A stretch of 64,000 nt of DNA, from contig OZ024763.1 of the NCBI GenBank assembly GCA_964016885.1, forward strand, positions 17,918,001 through 17,982,000. The letters are read 5' to 3'. The stretch comes from Eledone cirrhosa (taxonomy: Eukaryota). Shown here piece after piece: positions 29,348 to 41,722 of this stretch (positions within the stretch are counted from its first letter, which is position 1; each line of letters starts with the position of its first letter). Both the position numbers and the translations under genes were made by a program. The notes beneath the pieces are model-generated. The model was not told the origin of the DNA, ran no database searches, and worked only from the letters and a program-made list of their open reading frames with translations.

Positions 29348-30036
29348 CAGCAAAATGATTAGCCTCTGCCCTGTGGCTATACATTAACAACAACAGCAAC
29401 AATCGTTCTACAACAAAAGTTTCTAACATCACACTTCTTTTCCTCAGGGCAAAAATCGATTTATTTCACTTTTACTCACATGCTGCGGACACAGATCCAT
29501 CACTACTAATATATATATATATATATATATTAGTAGTTATATATATATAGCTACTAATATATATATATATATATTAGTAGTTATATATATATACACGTAT
29601 GTTCTTGTCTGATGACCCTGTGATAAACAGGCGGAACTCCAGAGTAATAAGACTTGTTATTTAGCCTTAATAAAATGTGTGTATGTATATATCTATGTAT
29701 TTATGTATTTATGTATATATGGGTACAAGCTGAAGCATATAGACAATATGCCCCCACACCCCCCACCGCAAGGTGGTCGTGGAGGTGCCACGGCAAAAAA
29801 GCACCCAGCCCACACTGTAAAGTGGACGTGTAGGCGCCACGAAAAAGCACCCAGCACTCACTGTAAATGAGGTTGGTGTTAGGAAGGGCATCCAGCTGTA
29901 GAAATCATGCCAGATCAGTTCCTGTATGAGCAAGGCATGGTCAGCCGACCAGACACTGCCCACAACAGGACAACCCGTCTAACCCATGCTAGCGTGGAAG
30001 AACAGATGTAAAACGGTGATGATGATGATGATGATG

Positions 30037-30070
<34 letters not shown>

Positions 30071-30361
30071 ATAGGAAAAGGATCAGGACCTCGACGGCAG
30101 AGCTGAAGCCGATTCGACAGCTATATCTGGACTCTACTACACCCACTCTAATACCCTAAGTATCGAGTACTCTGGTGCGTTAGGGTCCACCTGGTTCCTT
30201 ACCTCACTTCCTTCGTTATATATATGGAAAAATTCAGGACCTCCGACGGCTGAGCTCCGGCCATTTCAATAGCTAGATCCAAACTCTGGTGAGTAATGGT
30301 TTAACTGGTTGTTACCACCTCCAATCTGATATATATGAAACTCTTGTGTCCAGTATTCAAT

Positions 30362-30413
<52 letters not shown>

Positions 30414-30560
30414 GTAGGTCCCGGGTTGAGTCGGGGATAACCACAGTAAGTAAGGTACTCAATACATGGCAGAGTAAAAATTGTTTATTTTATAGAAGGA
30501 GCTTCTACGGGACTAGTACTGTTTCATTCAGGTGAAATCTTCAGGAGCCTGAAATCTTCA

Positions 30561-30613
30561 GAGCTTCCTGAAGATTTCATCTGAATGAAACAGTACTAGT
30601 CCCGTAGAAGCTC
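30561..30613 (+). ncRNA. Minimal type I hammerhead motif (H1); inverted partner at 30499-30549
   Basis: GAGCUUC-CUGAAGA-UUUCAUCUGAAU-GAAAC-aguacuaguccc-GUA/GAAGCUC. Confidence 0.7.
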
Positions 30614-31699
30614 CTTCTATAAAATAAAAAATATATATATATATTTCGTTTCTGAATTTGTTTAGCAAGATTCTTTATCTGAAATCGTGTGTTGAAACCG
30701 ATATTGTTATACTTTGGGAGGGTCATGTTGCCAATAAGAAACACACGCACCAGTTGCTTTCACTTCAATTTATTATATATTTATAAATTTATAAATCTAC
30801 AAATTTATAAATTTCTGGTTGGTTGGTTGGTTCCACAACCAGATAGTTGTTTATGTATATAGTCATACTCCTTTCATCACACACTCTGTGACCTCTTCAG
30901 TGACTGGGGATTCCTTTCTTTGTTTCTGTGCCTTTCCTTTCTTCTGTCCTACGCCATTTTGTTTCTGTGTGTGTTTCTATATATATATATTCAAATTGAA
31001 TACTGGACACATGAGTTTCACTTCAGTTTTATTATAAAAAAGAACTAAGTTGTTTACTTCATGTCGTACAAGACAGTAAACATTTAGCTTCCTTATAATT
31101 GTTTCTACTTTTGGCACAAGGCCAGCAATTATCCCAGTGTATTACTGGTACTTTATTTTATCGACCCTGTAATAATTGTTTCTACTTTTGGCACAAGGCC
31201 AGCAATTACCCCAGTGCATTACTGGTACTTTATTTTATCGACCCTGTAATAATTGTTTCTACTTTTGGCACAAGGCCAGCAATTATCTCAGTGTATTACT
31301 GGTACTTTATTTTATCGACCTCGAAAGGGTGAAAGGCAAAGTTAACCTCGGCGGGATTTAAACTCAGACCATAAAGGGCCGAAACTCTTTATGGTCTGAG
31401 TTCAAATCCCGCTGAGGTTCACTTTGCCTTTCATCCTTACGGGGTCGATAAAATAAAAGTACCAGTAATTTATTTAGCTTCCTTATAATGATGGTTGTAA
31501 ATGTCTAACCTACACATGTTTATGGAAGTAAATCTATTCCACATGCTACCACCACCGTAAATAAAACTTAAAGGTTAGTCGGCCTGTAGTCCTGGCCGAG
31601 AAAGTGGAGAAGACATTGCCCGAGGAGACGTGCTGGAACAGCCACTCCACTGCACGGGGTTCACACTTGCAGGCACCTAGCTACGCTATGGTAGCATTG

Positions 31700-32600
31700 A
31701 GTAGGGATGTGGTTTGGGGCCAACTCTGTCCCTGGAGTAGGGATGTGGTCTGAGGGCTAACTCTGTCCCTGGAGTAGGGATGTGGTCTGGGGGCTAACTC
31801 TGTTCTGATAATAGTGGGTAGGGATGTGGTCTGGGGGCCAACTCTGTTCCCTATAGTAGTGAGTAGGGTGTAATCAAGGGCTTAACTCTGTCCCCTATAG
31901 TAGGGATGTGATCTGGGGGTCAACTCTGTCCCTATAGTAGGGATGTTGTCTGGGGGCTAACTCTGTTCCCTATAGTAGGGATGTGGTCTGGGGGGCTAAC
32001 TCTGTCCCTATAGCAGTGAGTAGGGATGTGGTCTGGGAGCCAATTCTGTCCCTATAGTAGTGAGTAGGGGTGTAATCAAGGGCTTAACTCTGTCCCCTAT
32101 AGTAGGGATGTGATCTGGAGCTAACTCTATCCTCTATAGTAGGGATGTTGTCTGGGGGCCAACTCTGTTCCCTATAGTAGGAATATGGTTTGGGGGCCAA
32201 CTCTGTTCCCTATAGTAGGGATATGGTCTGGTGGCCAACTCTGTCCCTATAGTAGGGATATGGTCTGGAGGCCAACTTTGTCCCTATAGTAGGGATGTGA
32301 TCTGAGGGCCAACTCTGTTCCCTATAGTAGGGATATGGTCTGGTGGCCAACTCTGTCCCTATAGTAGGGATATGGTCTGGTGGCCAACTCTGTCCCTATA
32401 GTAGGGATATGGTCTGGGGGGCCAACTGTCCCCTATAGTAGGGATGTGGTCTGGGGGCCAACTGTCCCCTATAGTAGGGATATGGTCTGGGGGGCCAACT
32501 GTCCCCTATAGTAGGGATGTGGTCTGGGGGCCAAAATCACCAAAGGTCTCCACCACTGTGGGGCTCATCCCCGCAGGTAGCCAACTCTGTTCTGGTAGCA
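31700..32600. repeat. About 37-bp G-rich minisatellite
   Basis: Unit AGTAGGGATRTGGTCTGGKGGCCAACTCTGTCCCTAT. Confidence 0.9.
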
Positions 32601-32984
32601 ATAAGTAGGAATTGTTTGGGGGGGGGGGGGCAAGAACGCTGGTGGTCTTCACTGCCACAGCCTCAACCACAAATACGAATTATCTGATGTTTCTTTAAAA
32701 ACACTACCTGAAATAGAGGCCCTATTCAAGGTTACGAACCCCACTCTTCTTAAACTTCGAAACGGTAGGTTAGTTTAAGATCATGTGTTGAGAGGGGGCT
32801 GGAGCGTGGAGCGTGGAGCGAGTAACCTTAACTCCATTAATAAATAAAAAGGAAATGACTATAGAAACGGCGAGGAGATTCCTGGCCTGGGAGCAGGACT
32901 GTGCCAAAGATTGCAGCCATGAGGAATAGAGATATCTTGTTGACTAATTCTCCAAATAGAACGAAAGAACATTATATATTTATT

Positions 32985-33800
32985 GGTGGTGGATTGGCAG
33001 TATCGGTAGAGGGTCGGACGCCATGCTGTCCAGCATAGTTACGTCCCTTTACGATCTGAGTTCAAATCCCGCCGAGGTTGACTTTGCCTTTCATCCTTAC
33101 GGGGTCGATAAAATAAAGTACCAGTAATGCACTGGGTAATTGCTGGCCTTGTGGCTAAAGTAGAAACAATTATATATTTATTGCCAAATAAAGGGCGGTG
33201 GATTGGCAGTATCGGTAGAGGGTCGGACGCCATGCTTTCCAGCATAGTTACGTCCCTTTACGGACTGAGTTCAAATCCCGCCGAGGTTGACTTTGCCTTT
33301 CATCCTTAAGGGGTCGATAAAATAAAGTACCAGTAATGAACTGGTGATTGCTGGCCTTGTGCCTAAAGTAGAAACAATTATATATTTATTGCCAAATAAA
33401 GGGCGGTGGATTGGCAGTATCGGTAGAGGGTCGGACGCCATGCTTTCCAGCATAGTTACGTCCCTTTACGGACTGAGTTCAAATCCCGCCGAGGTTAACT
33501 TTGCCTTTCATCCTTAAGGGGTCGATAAAATAAAGTACCAGTAATACACTGGGATAATTGCTGGCCTTGTGCCAAAAGTAGAAACAATTATATATTTATT
33601 GACAGAGGGGCTGTGGTCCGGCAGTATCGGTAGAGGGTCGGACGCCATGCTTTGCAGCATACAGTTACGGCCCTTGCCATTCTTAGTTCAAATCTCGCCG
33701 AGGTTAACTTTGCCTTTCATCCTTACGGGGTCGATAAAATAAAGTACCAGTAATGCACTGAGATAATTGCTGGCCTTGTGCCAAAAGTAGAAACAATTAT
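32985..33800 (+). mobile_element. Four head-to-tail copies of tRNA-derived SINE family A (Meta/MESC-like central domain)
   Basis: A-box-like TGGCAGTATCGG, B-box GAGTTCAAATCC, core GCCTTTCATCCTTACGGGGTCGATAAAATAAAGTACCAG; period about 208 bp. Other copies near 1590-2010, 2750-2935, 3903-4090, 15325-15775, 22590-22820, 36110-36810, 39240-39580, 50575-50765, 56050-56240. Confidence 0.85.
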
Positions 33801-35204
33801 ATATGTATTGCCAAATATATAAATATGGATTTTACGCAAGGGAGGTAACTTGTAGAAATAGCCATAATACCAAGGGACGTAAGTCTGGATATACTGCCTC
33901 TTATTCACTGCTCAAGCTGCTAGAAATAGCAGCCAAGTTATACCTTATCTTAAAATTAAGAACAAGACAGCGACTGGCAAAATCAGGAGAGCGTCAGACA
34001 ACCTGCTTCGCAAAAGGAAGTTACGGCCCTTTACTTCTGAGTTCAAATACCTCCGAGGTTTGCTTTGCTTTTCATCCTTACGGTGTCGGTAAAATAAAGT
34101 ACCAGTCATGCATTGGGGTCGATGTCATAGACTTTCCCCCTCCCCCAAAATTGCTGGCCTTGTGCCTAAAGTAGAAACAGTTATTATCAAATCCCACCGA
34201 GGTTAGCTTTGCCTTTCTCCCTTAAATTGTTTTCATTCGTGAAATCATAACTAAATCGGTGTTTCCCAAAGTGGGTTGCGTGAGATAAGGGGCTTTAATA
34301 AAATGTATTCTAAAATGCTATAATGTATCGTGTTTCTCTCTCTCTCTCTCTCTCTTTATATATATATATAACATAACTTAACTACCGGCTCAACCCCGAT
34401 CTAATCCGCCGTGACCATTCTCCGAACTTTACACACCTTCCCACACTTGATCTTTCCTTCCACGCATTACCTTTGTTTGATTTTGTTACTGCAGAGCGTG
34501 AAATTAATAAACATTCGTTGTACTGCCTCTCTGTTTTGTTCCTGTTCAAATTTTTCCATTATATATATATATATATATATATATAAACATGAGAAGAAAG
34601 AAGAATACTGCGTAGTTGCACATAGGTTACATATGATAAAAATAGTCCTTCGTCAGTGATTTTCCAACCATCATTGTTATTTCATCGCATTAAAAATCAG
34701 ATACCTCAGGTTGGTGCGAGCAATAACTAAAAAAAGTTATTGGGACCAGTAAATCGCGTAAAGCGAGGGGGACAAGTGAACAACGTAGAAGGATAAAAGT
34801 AACGCAAAGAAAGGAAATAAACAAGCAACATGGTAGTCCTGGTCAGCATAATCTGGGTGGATTTCATGAGCGAAAGGTACAGACACGTCCAGCGTGAGTG
34901 AGATGTAAGCATATATATATATATATATATATATAAAAGCAGAAGGGATATTCAATTTGTTGGTAATTCAACAAATATAAATGTTTATAACTGATTCAGA
35001 GCACTCAACAAATTTTCTGGAGTATAATATACAATGATATTAAATAAATGGAAACTATATTTATAAAACCATATTTATTCTATTATATATATTTCAAGAG
35101 TACCAAAATTTTGGTACGCTATCATCAGATAAAATACGAAGTGTGTTTTATAAATTTTGACATAACCAAGTAGAATATACCTTAACGGTTCAAGTTATCC
35201 TTGG

Positions 35205-35239
<35 letters not shown>

Positions 35240-35411
35240 ATTAGTATATTTACCAACATATGCGTACAGATGTACACTAATGCTAGCAAATACATAAGTT
35301 ATGTCATAGTACCTAGGTGGTTCAATGCAGGAGGATGCAGAACAATTATATGAAAGACGTAAAATAAGAAAATTTTAAAAATTAAAAATTAACTTACTTA
35401 CTAAAATTTTC

Positions 35412-35493
35412 ACTCCAACTAATTAGTTTCTGTAATGGGATAAAGATAGTTACGCAATGTAACCATCGAGAATTCATTACGTCATCAGGGAGT
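35412..35493 (-). ncRNA. Type I hammerhead motif with palindromic stem III
   Basis: ACUCC-CUGAUGA-cGUAAUG...CAUUACa-GAAA-CUAAUUAG-UU/GGAGU; AACUAAUUAGUU is a 12-nt palindrome. Confidence 0.7.
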
Positions 35494-35494
35494 C

Positions 35495-35607
<113 letters not shown>

Positions 35608-35646
35608 TACATATATATATATATGTGTGTATATATATATATATAC

Positions 35647-35981
<335 letters not shown>

Positions 35982-38359
35982 TATATATATATATATATAT
36001 ACACATATATATATATATATTGCAGGGTCAAAAACATTGAATACAAACCCGGTGACCAGAGTAGCATAATTGGTGTTAATTCAACAACAGTTAAATTTAA
36101 AAAAAGGAAATAATTGTTTCTACGTTAGGCACAAGGCCAGCAATTACTCAGTGTATTACTGGTACTTTATTTTATCGACCCCGTAAGGATGAAAGGCAAA
36201 GTTAACCTCGGCGGGATTTGAACTCAGAATGGCAAAAAAAAAAGAAAATAAAGAGTTTTCAACGTCTCTCGTCAAAGAAAATAAGACTATGGGAATCAGG
36301 AGAAATGGTAAGTAGAAAGAATAAAAGGAAAAAGTGAAACCAGGAGGAAATAAAAGAATGTTGGGTGTTGAACAGAGGTAGGATAGAATATTTAAGTGGT
36401 GGGTAGAAATCGCGGTTTTCTGTGGTGGTATATGTAAAGTCTTGTCATCTAAATATAACTGTTTCTACTTTTGGCACAAGGCCAGCAATTACCCAGTGTA
36501 TTACTGGTACTTTATTTTATCGACCCCGTAAGGATGAAAGGCAAAGTTTACCTCGGCGGGATTTGAACTCAGATCGTAAAGGGCCGTAACTCTATGCGGC
36601 AAAGCGTGGCGTCCGACCCTCTACCGATACTTGTTTCTACTTTAGGCACAAGGCAATTACCTAGTTCATTACTGGTACTTTATGTTATCGACCCCGTAAG
36701 GATGAAAGGCAAAGTTTACCTCGGCGGGATTTGAACTCAGATCGTAAAGGGCCGTAACTCTATGCGGCAAAGCATGGCGTCCGACCCTCTACCGATACTG
36801 CCAATCCACCGTCAACGACGGAGAATTATTAATCAACCCTATCATGACAGTTCCAAGCTTCACGTTCCCATTGGAGGGTTCTGACCAAATATACAAACGA
36901 GGGAGATAACTCTTGTAGCTAGTATGAGTATATGGTAAGTCTTACTGTTAACACGAAACATGTATGTATATATATAACTCAAAACGTAAAGGGACATAAC
37001 TCTATGCCGCAACGCATGATGTCTGACGCTCTACCGATACTGCCATTTCTGATTTAAGCACAATGCCAGCAATTTTAGGGAAGGGGAAAGTCGATTAAAT
37101 CAACCCCCAGTGTGTTACTGGTACTTTATTTTATCGACGCTGTAAGGTTGATAGCCATCAATATGAAAACAACCAGCGTCACACACTGCATCAACCCTTC
37201 CACCTTCTGGGGATCTTTTATCCTACGAAATGCACTCCTCCCATTATGGTGGTGGTGGTGGTGGTGGTGATAGTGGTGGCGGTGGTGATGATGGTCATGA
37301 TGACGGTGATGGTGATGGTGATGGGGGTGATTATGATGATGATGATGATGATATTAGTGGAGGCGGTGGTCATGGTGAAGGCTATATTGCTGGTGGTGGT
37401 GCGGTGATGATCATGGTGGAGGTGGTGGTGGTGGTGGTGGTGATTGTGTCTGGTAGTGGTGATGGTGATTGTGGAGTTTGTGGTGGTGGTGGTGGTTGTT
37501 TTGATGGTGGTGGCGGTGATGGTGATGATGATAATTATGATGAGGATGATGATGATGGTGATTAATGGGTACTCGGTCGCTTTCGACGATGGTCACCCAG
37601 TTGTTCATTCGTTCGACTCAACGCTCGACTCGTGAATTAATTAACGCGTAAATATGTGGTTGAGTATTCCGCACACAGCTTAAAGTAAACCGGGAGAGAA
37701 AATTCCCCGTCTACCCAGATTCATTCCCAAGGCTGGGGTAGATCCTTAGGCAGGGGTAACTGCCATTTGCCCAACATGATACAGAGAGGAATCGAACCCC
37801 AGAACTCCAGATCGAAAAGGTTATCTCTTAACGATTCGGTCATGCTACGTCCGCACACACGCGTAAATACACACATACACACACACATATACACACGCAC
37901 ACACACATATACAGATATACATACACACATACATACACACGTAAATACACACACACATACGTATGTACACACACACACAGATATATATACACAAATATAG
38001 ATATACACAGACATACACACATCCATATATATATCTATATGATTTATTTTGAATGAAACAGTTCTAGTCCTGTAGAAGCCATTTCTATATTAAACATAAT
38101 GTTTACAGTCTTCTAATGTATTGAGTACCTTACTAACTGTGGTTACCCCCGATTGAACCCAGGACTCACATACAAGCACACATATATAAAGGTGTATGTC
38201 TGTGTGTGTGCCTATTGCGATGATACCTGATATTGTTTTTATTCTTTCTTTCTTTTGTTAATTTTTATTATTACACTCAACAGATTCGGTTAAAATCACT
38301 GGAATACTATAAAAGCTCTCGTGTCATGGAACAACCAATTGTAGGGTACAGCATGAAAA

Positions 38360-38440
38360 CTTACACCGGTAAATGAACAACTACTTCCGGTTCGTCCGGC
38401 TGTTAATGGCGACCGTCGTGGTTAGCACGTGTTGTTGACT
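38360..38440 (+). promoter_or_regulatory. Putative WDR75 core promoter/5'UTR with ETS motif (ACTTCCGG, 38383-38390) and YY1-like AATGGCG (38405-38411)
   Basis: Motifs seen just upstream of the ATG in a locally CpG-rich stretch; both are typical of housekeeping promoters. Confidence 0.5.
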
Positions 38441-38508
38441 ATGTCTGTTGTAAATGTCGGATCTGGCTATCTTGTCGGCCACCGACCCATCTGTTCATAC
38501 GATTCCAG
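38441..38508 (+). CDS. WDR75: WDR75 exon 1 (MSVVNVGSGYLVGHRPICSYDS-R)
   Basis: ATG at 38441, donor GTAAGG at 38509, phase 2. Resembles human VVRCGGSELNFRRAVFSADSK. Confidence 0.85.
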
Positions 38509-39739
38509 GTAAGGCATCTCTTAAGCTCTCTAAAGAGCACCTTTTTCTTCTTTGTCGCTTGGTAATAAATGGAAACTATGTGTATATATTTTTCATAGGC
38601 TCCGTGGTGGCTTTCTCAATTAAACACGCACTGTAATTCTTATATATCTACTGTGAAGGAATTTCAGTTCTGGTGCTGTTGTTTATTAATATTATTTTAT
38701 TTTATTGACTTTGCCTTTCATCCTTACGGGGTCGATAAAATAAAGTACCAGTAATGAACTGGGTAATTGCTGGCCTTGTGCTTAAAGTAGAAACAATTAT
38801 TTTATTTTATTACACCATATATGTTTGCTTAGAATTTTGCAGTTGATCTTTGTTTTTCCTGTGTGTTTTTTTTTAATGTGTTCTGAACGAATATCGCCTT
38901 CAAAGCCATCGTAAATAACTCGGTTTCTGCCCCCCCCCCCCCCCCCCCCCCCCCCCTCTCATCTGAGAATTCCATACTTCCAGTCTCTGAGACGGGTGTA
39001 TATAATTAATAAAATCTTTACCCTGTTTGAAGAGTACATATTCATTCGTTGCTTAAACAGAAATTGATGTTTGTGTATGATATATATATATATATATATG
39101 TATATTATATCTTAGCCCTGTAGTTGCTGCCTCAAGCAGATTTGGGGGTTTGGGAATTCGTATATATACTATTGCAGGGGGATATACAGTTCTGGCGCTG
39201 TTTATTATTATTATTATTATTCCACTTTGCTTTGTGGCATTGAGTTACGACCCTTTACGTTCTGAGTTCAAATCCCGCAGAGGTTAGCTTTGCCTTTCGT
39301 CTTTACAGGGGTCGATAAAATAAGGTACCACTAACACACGGGTCGATTCAATCAACTTTCCCCTTCCCCAAATTGCTGGCCTTGTGCCTAAAGTAGAAAT
39401 CATTATTTTGCTTTGCAGCATATAGTTACGTCCCTTTACGTTCTGATTTCAAATTCCGCCAAGGTTAGCTTTGCTTTCATCCTAACCTGGTTGATAAAAT
39501 AAAGTACCACACTGGGGTCGATTTAATCGACTATCCCCTCCCCAAAAATTGTTGGCCTTGTCCCTAAACCAGAAAACATTATTTTACTTAACTTCCACCG
39601 ATCTTGTGTGATTGACAAATGACATTCGATTAACCGAATTCATTTCTTATGATCCACTCACACACACGTGAGTAATGAGGGGAGTCTAAAATATAATCCT
39701 AACGCGTAATTAAAACGACGTAATGAACATGTAATTAAT

Positions 39740-39919
39740 TGTTTCTACTTTAGGCACAAGGCCAGCAATTACCCAGTACATTACTGGTACTTTATTTTAT
39801 CGACCCCGTAAGGATGAAAGGCAAAGTCAACCTCGGCGGGATTTGAACTCAGATCGTAAAGGGGCGTAACTATGCTGGAAAGCATGGCTCCGACCCTCTA
39901 CCGATACTGCCAATCCACC
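39740..39919 (-). mobile_element. Full-length SINE A with 18-bp TSD
   Basis: AATGAACATGTAATTAAT at 39722-39739 and 39920-39937. Confidence 0.9.
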
Positions 39920-39929
39920 AATGAACATG

Positions 39930-40115
39930 TAATTAATACGACGTAATGGACGTGTAATTAGTTCGGTGTAATTAATACGACGTAATGGACGTGTAATTAG
40001 TTCGGTGTAATTAATACGACGTAATGGACGTGTAATTAGTTCGGTGTAATTAATACGACGTAATGGACGTGTAATTAATTCGGTGTAATTAATACGACGT
40101 AATGGACGTGTAATG
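39930..40115. repeat. 39-bp CpG-rich minisatellite, about 5 copies
   Basis: Unit GTAATTAATACGACGTAATGGACGTGTAATTAGTTCGGT. Confidence 0.9.
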
Positions 40116-40659
40116 AATTCGTATCGAACGAGATCTGTTGTCAAGGATATTATATCTAGCAGAACATGTGGCATAGGATATACCGGAGTACATTTATCAA
40201 AGAATCCTAGACAGTAGCTCTCTAAATAAGGAAACCAAAATATATCATCGGATTTATTGTGTATGTTCATATGTACATGTTAGGGTTCCTTCGACGGTTC
40301 GTGCGTGTTTATATATATAATGAGTGGGAACGACGTGTCAAAATATCCTTATGTTTATTCACATGTGACGTGCGTTTTGCTATCGATCGGCTCAAGGTAC
40401 AATCAGTATCAATCGCACCCTTGTATGTATATATGGAAAACGATGAAGTTTCGTTTACATGTATTTGTTTTTATTGTTTCGATCGGTTACGTGCGTTTCG
40501 CAAAGGATTGGCTCATGGTCGCCCATGGAAGTTGTGGACTCGACTCCATTATCGAACCGCTTATCAGATTGGTGATTCAACAATATATATATAAGCGAAG
40601 TATATACGGAATCAATCTACCTTAGAGAAGGGTGTTCTACATAAATGAGGTGAATATTA

Positions 40660-41030
40660 CTCACGTTTTCACTTTGGAGGTGAATATTACACCTGCTTCA
40701 CTTTGGAGGGGAATATTACACCTGCTTCACTTTGGAGGGGAATATTACACCAGTTTTCACTTTGGGGGGGAATATTACACCTGCTTCACTTTGGAGGGGA
40801 ATATTACACCAGTTTTCACTTTGGAGGGGAATATTACACCAGTTTCACTTTGGAGGTGGATATTACACCAGTTTCACTTTGGAGGTGGATATTACACCAG
40901 TTTTCACTTTGGAGGGGAATATTACACCAGTTTCACTTTGGAGGTGGATATTACACCAGTTTTCACTTTGGAGGTGGATATTACACCAGTTTCACTTTGG
41001 AGGTGGATATTACACCAGTTTTTCACTATG
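40660..41030. repeat. About 30-bp minisatellite
   Basis: Unit TTTCACTTTGGAGGKGRATATTACACCAG. Confidence 0.9.
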
Positions 41031-41592
41031 GGTGTGAATATTGGAGGTGAAATTCATTTTTGATGTATTTTGAATGAACATTGTCTTCAAAATGGTCAGA
41101 AATTGGTTTTTAAGAAAAATCATTACATATTGGAATTGTGAAACAAAAACTCTGCACTAAACAACACTTAACACATCTTAAATATTAAAACTTCATATAT
41201 GTATTTTCCACTCATGAGAATTTCGAAACCACACCATCTAAACAATGTGTTCAGTGCTGGATTTAGGGCAAGTGAGGCCCCTTACTTGGACCCTGAAGTA
41301 AGTAAAAAAAAAAAAATTTTTTAACAGGAAGATGGGCTCCCTGACAAACAGGGCTGTATGCTTAAGCACACCTAACCACAATTGCAAATCTGGTGCAGAA
41401 TGTGCTGATTAGCTGCCACACCTTATACACAGGCTTTGGATTTCTGCCCATTTCTCAGACATAAAATGGGGGTCAGTGGCTTATAGTCAAGTTTATACGG
41501 TAGATATTTTTGAATGAGAGGTGTGGACAATCACTGTCTGGCAGTACACCGTGGAAATGTTTAAACTATTTTTTTTTTTATTTTTTCCTTAG

Positions 41593-41722
41593 ATGGCTCA
41601 TCTGCATTTCAAATACAGTTGTGAAGGTGTACAGTTTGAAAACTGGAGAATGTGTTCATAATTTACGAGGCCACACGAAAAGTGTAACAGGTGTTGTGGT
41701 CCATCCTGGCAATAAATTACAG
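41593..41722 (+). CDS. WDR75: WDR75 exon 2 (WLICISNTVVKVYSLKTGECVHNLRGHTKSVTGVVVHPGNKLQ)
   Basis: tttccttAG acceptor, GTGAGT donor, WD40 GH motif. Confidence 0.95.

Noticed and set aside
29603-29655. Hammerhead-like CTGATGA-CCCTG..CAGG-CGGAAC, and similar at 11390-11425, 59045-59080, 46407-46452
   Set aside because: Core nucleotides are mutated (GAAA or CUGA altered); counted only as relics, not called as functional RNAs.
38454-38636. ORF-track protein MSDLAILSATDP...
   Set aside because: Wrong frame. The ATG at 38441 gives WDR75-like sequence and the phase needed for exon 2.
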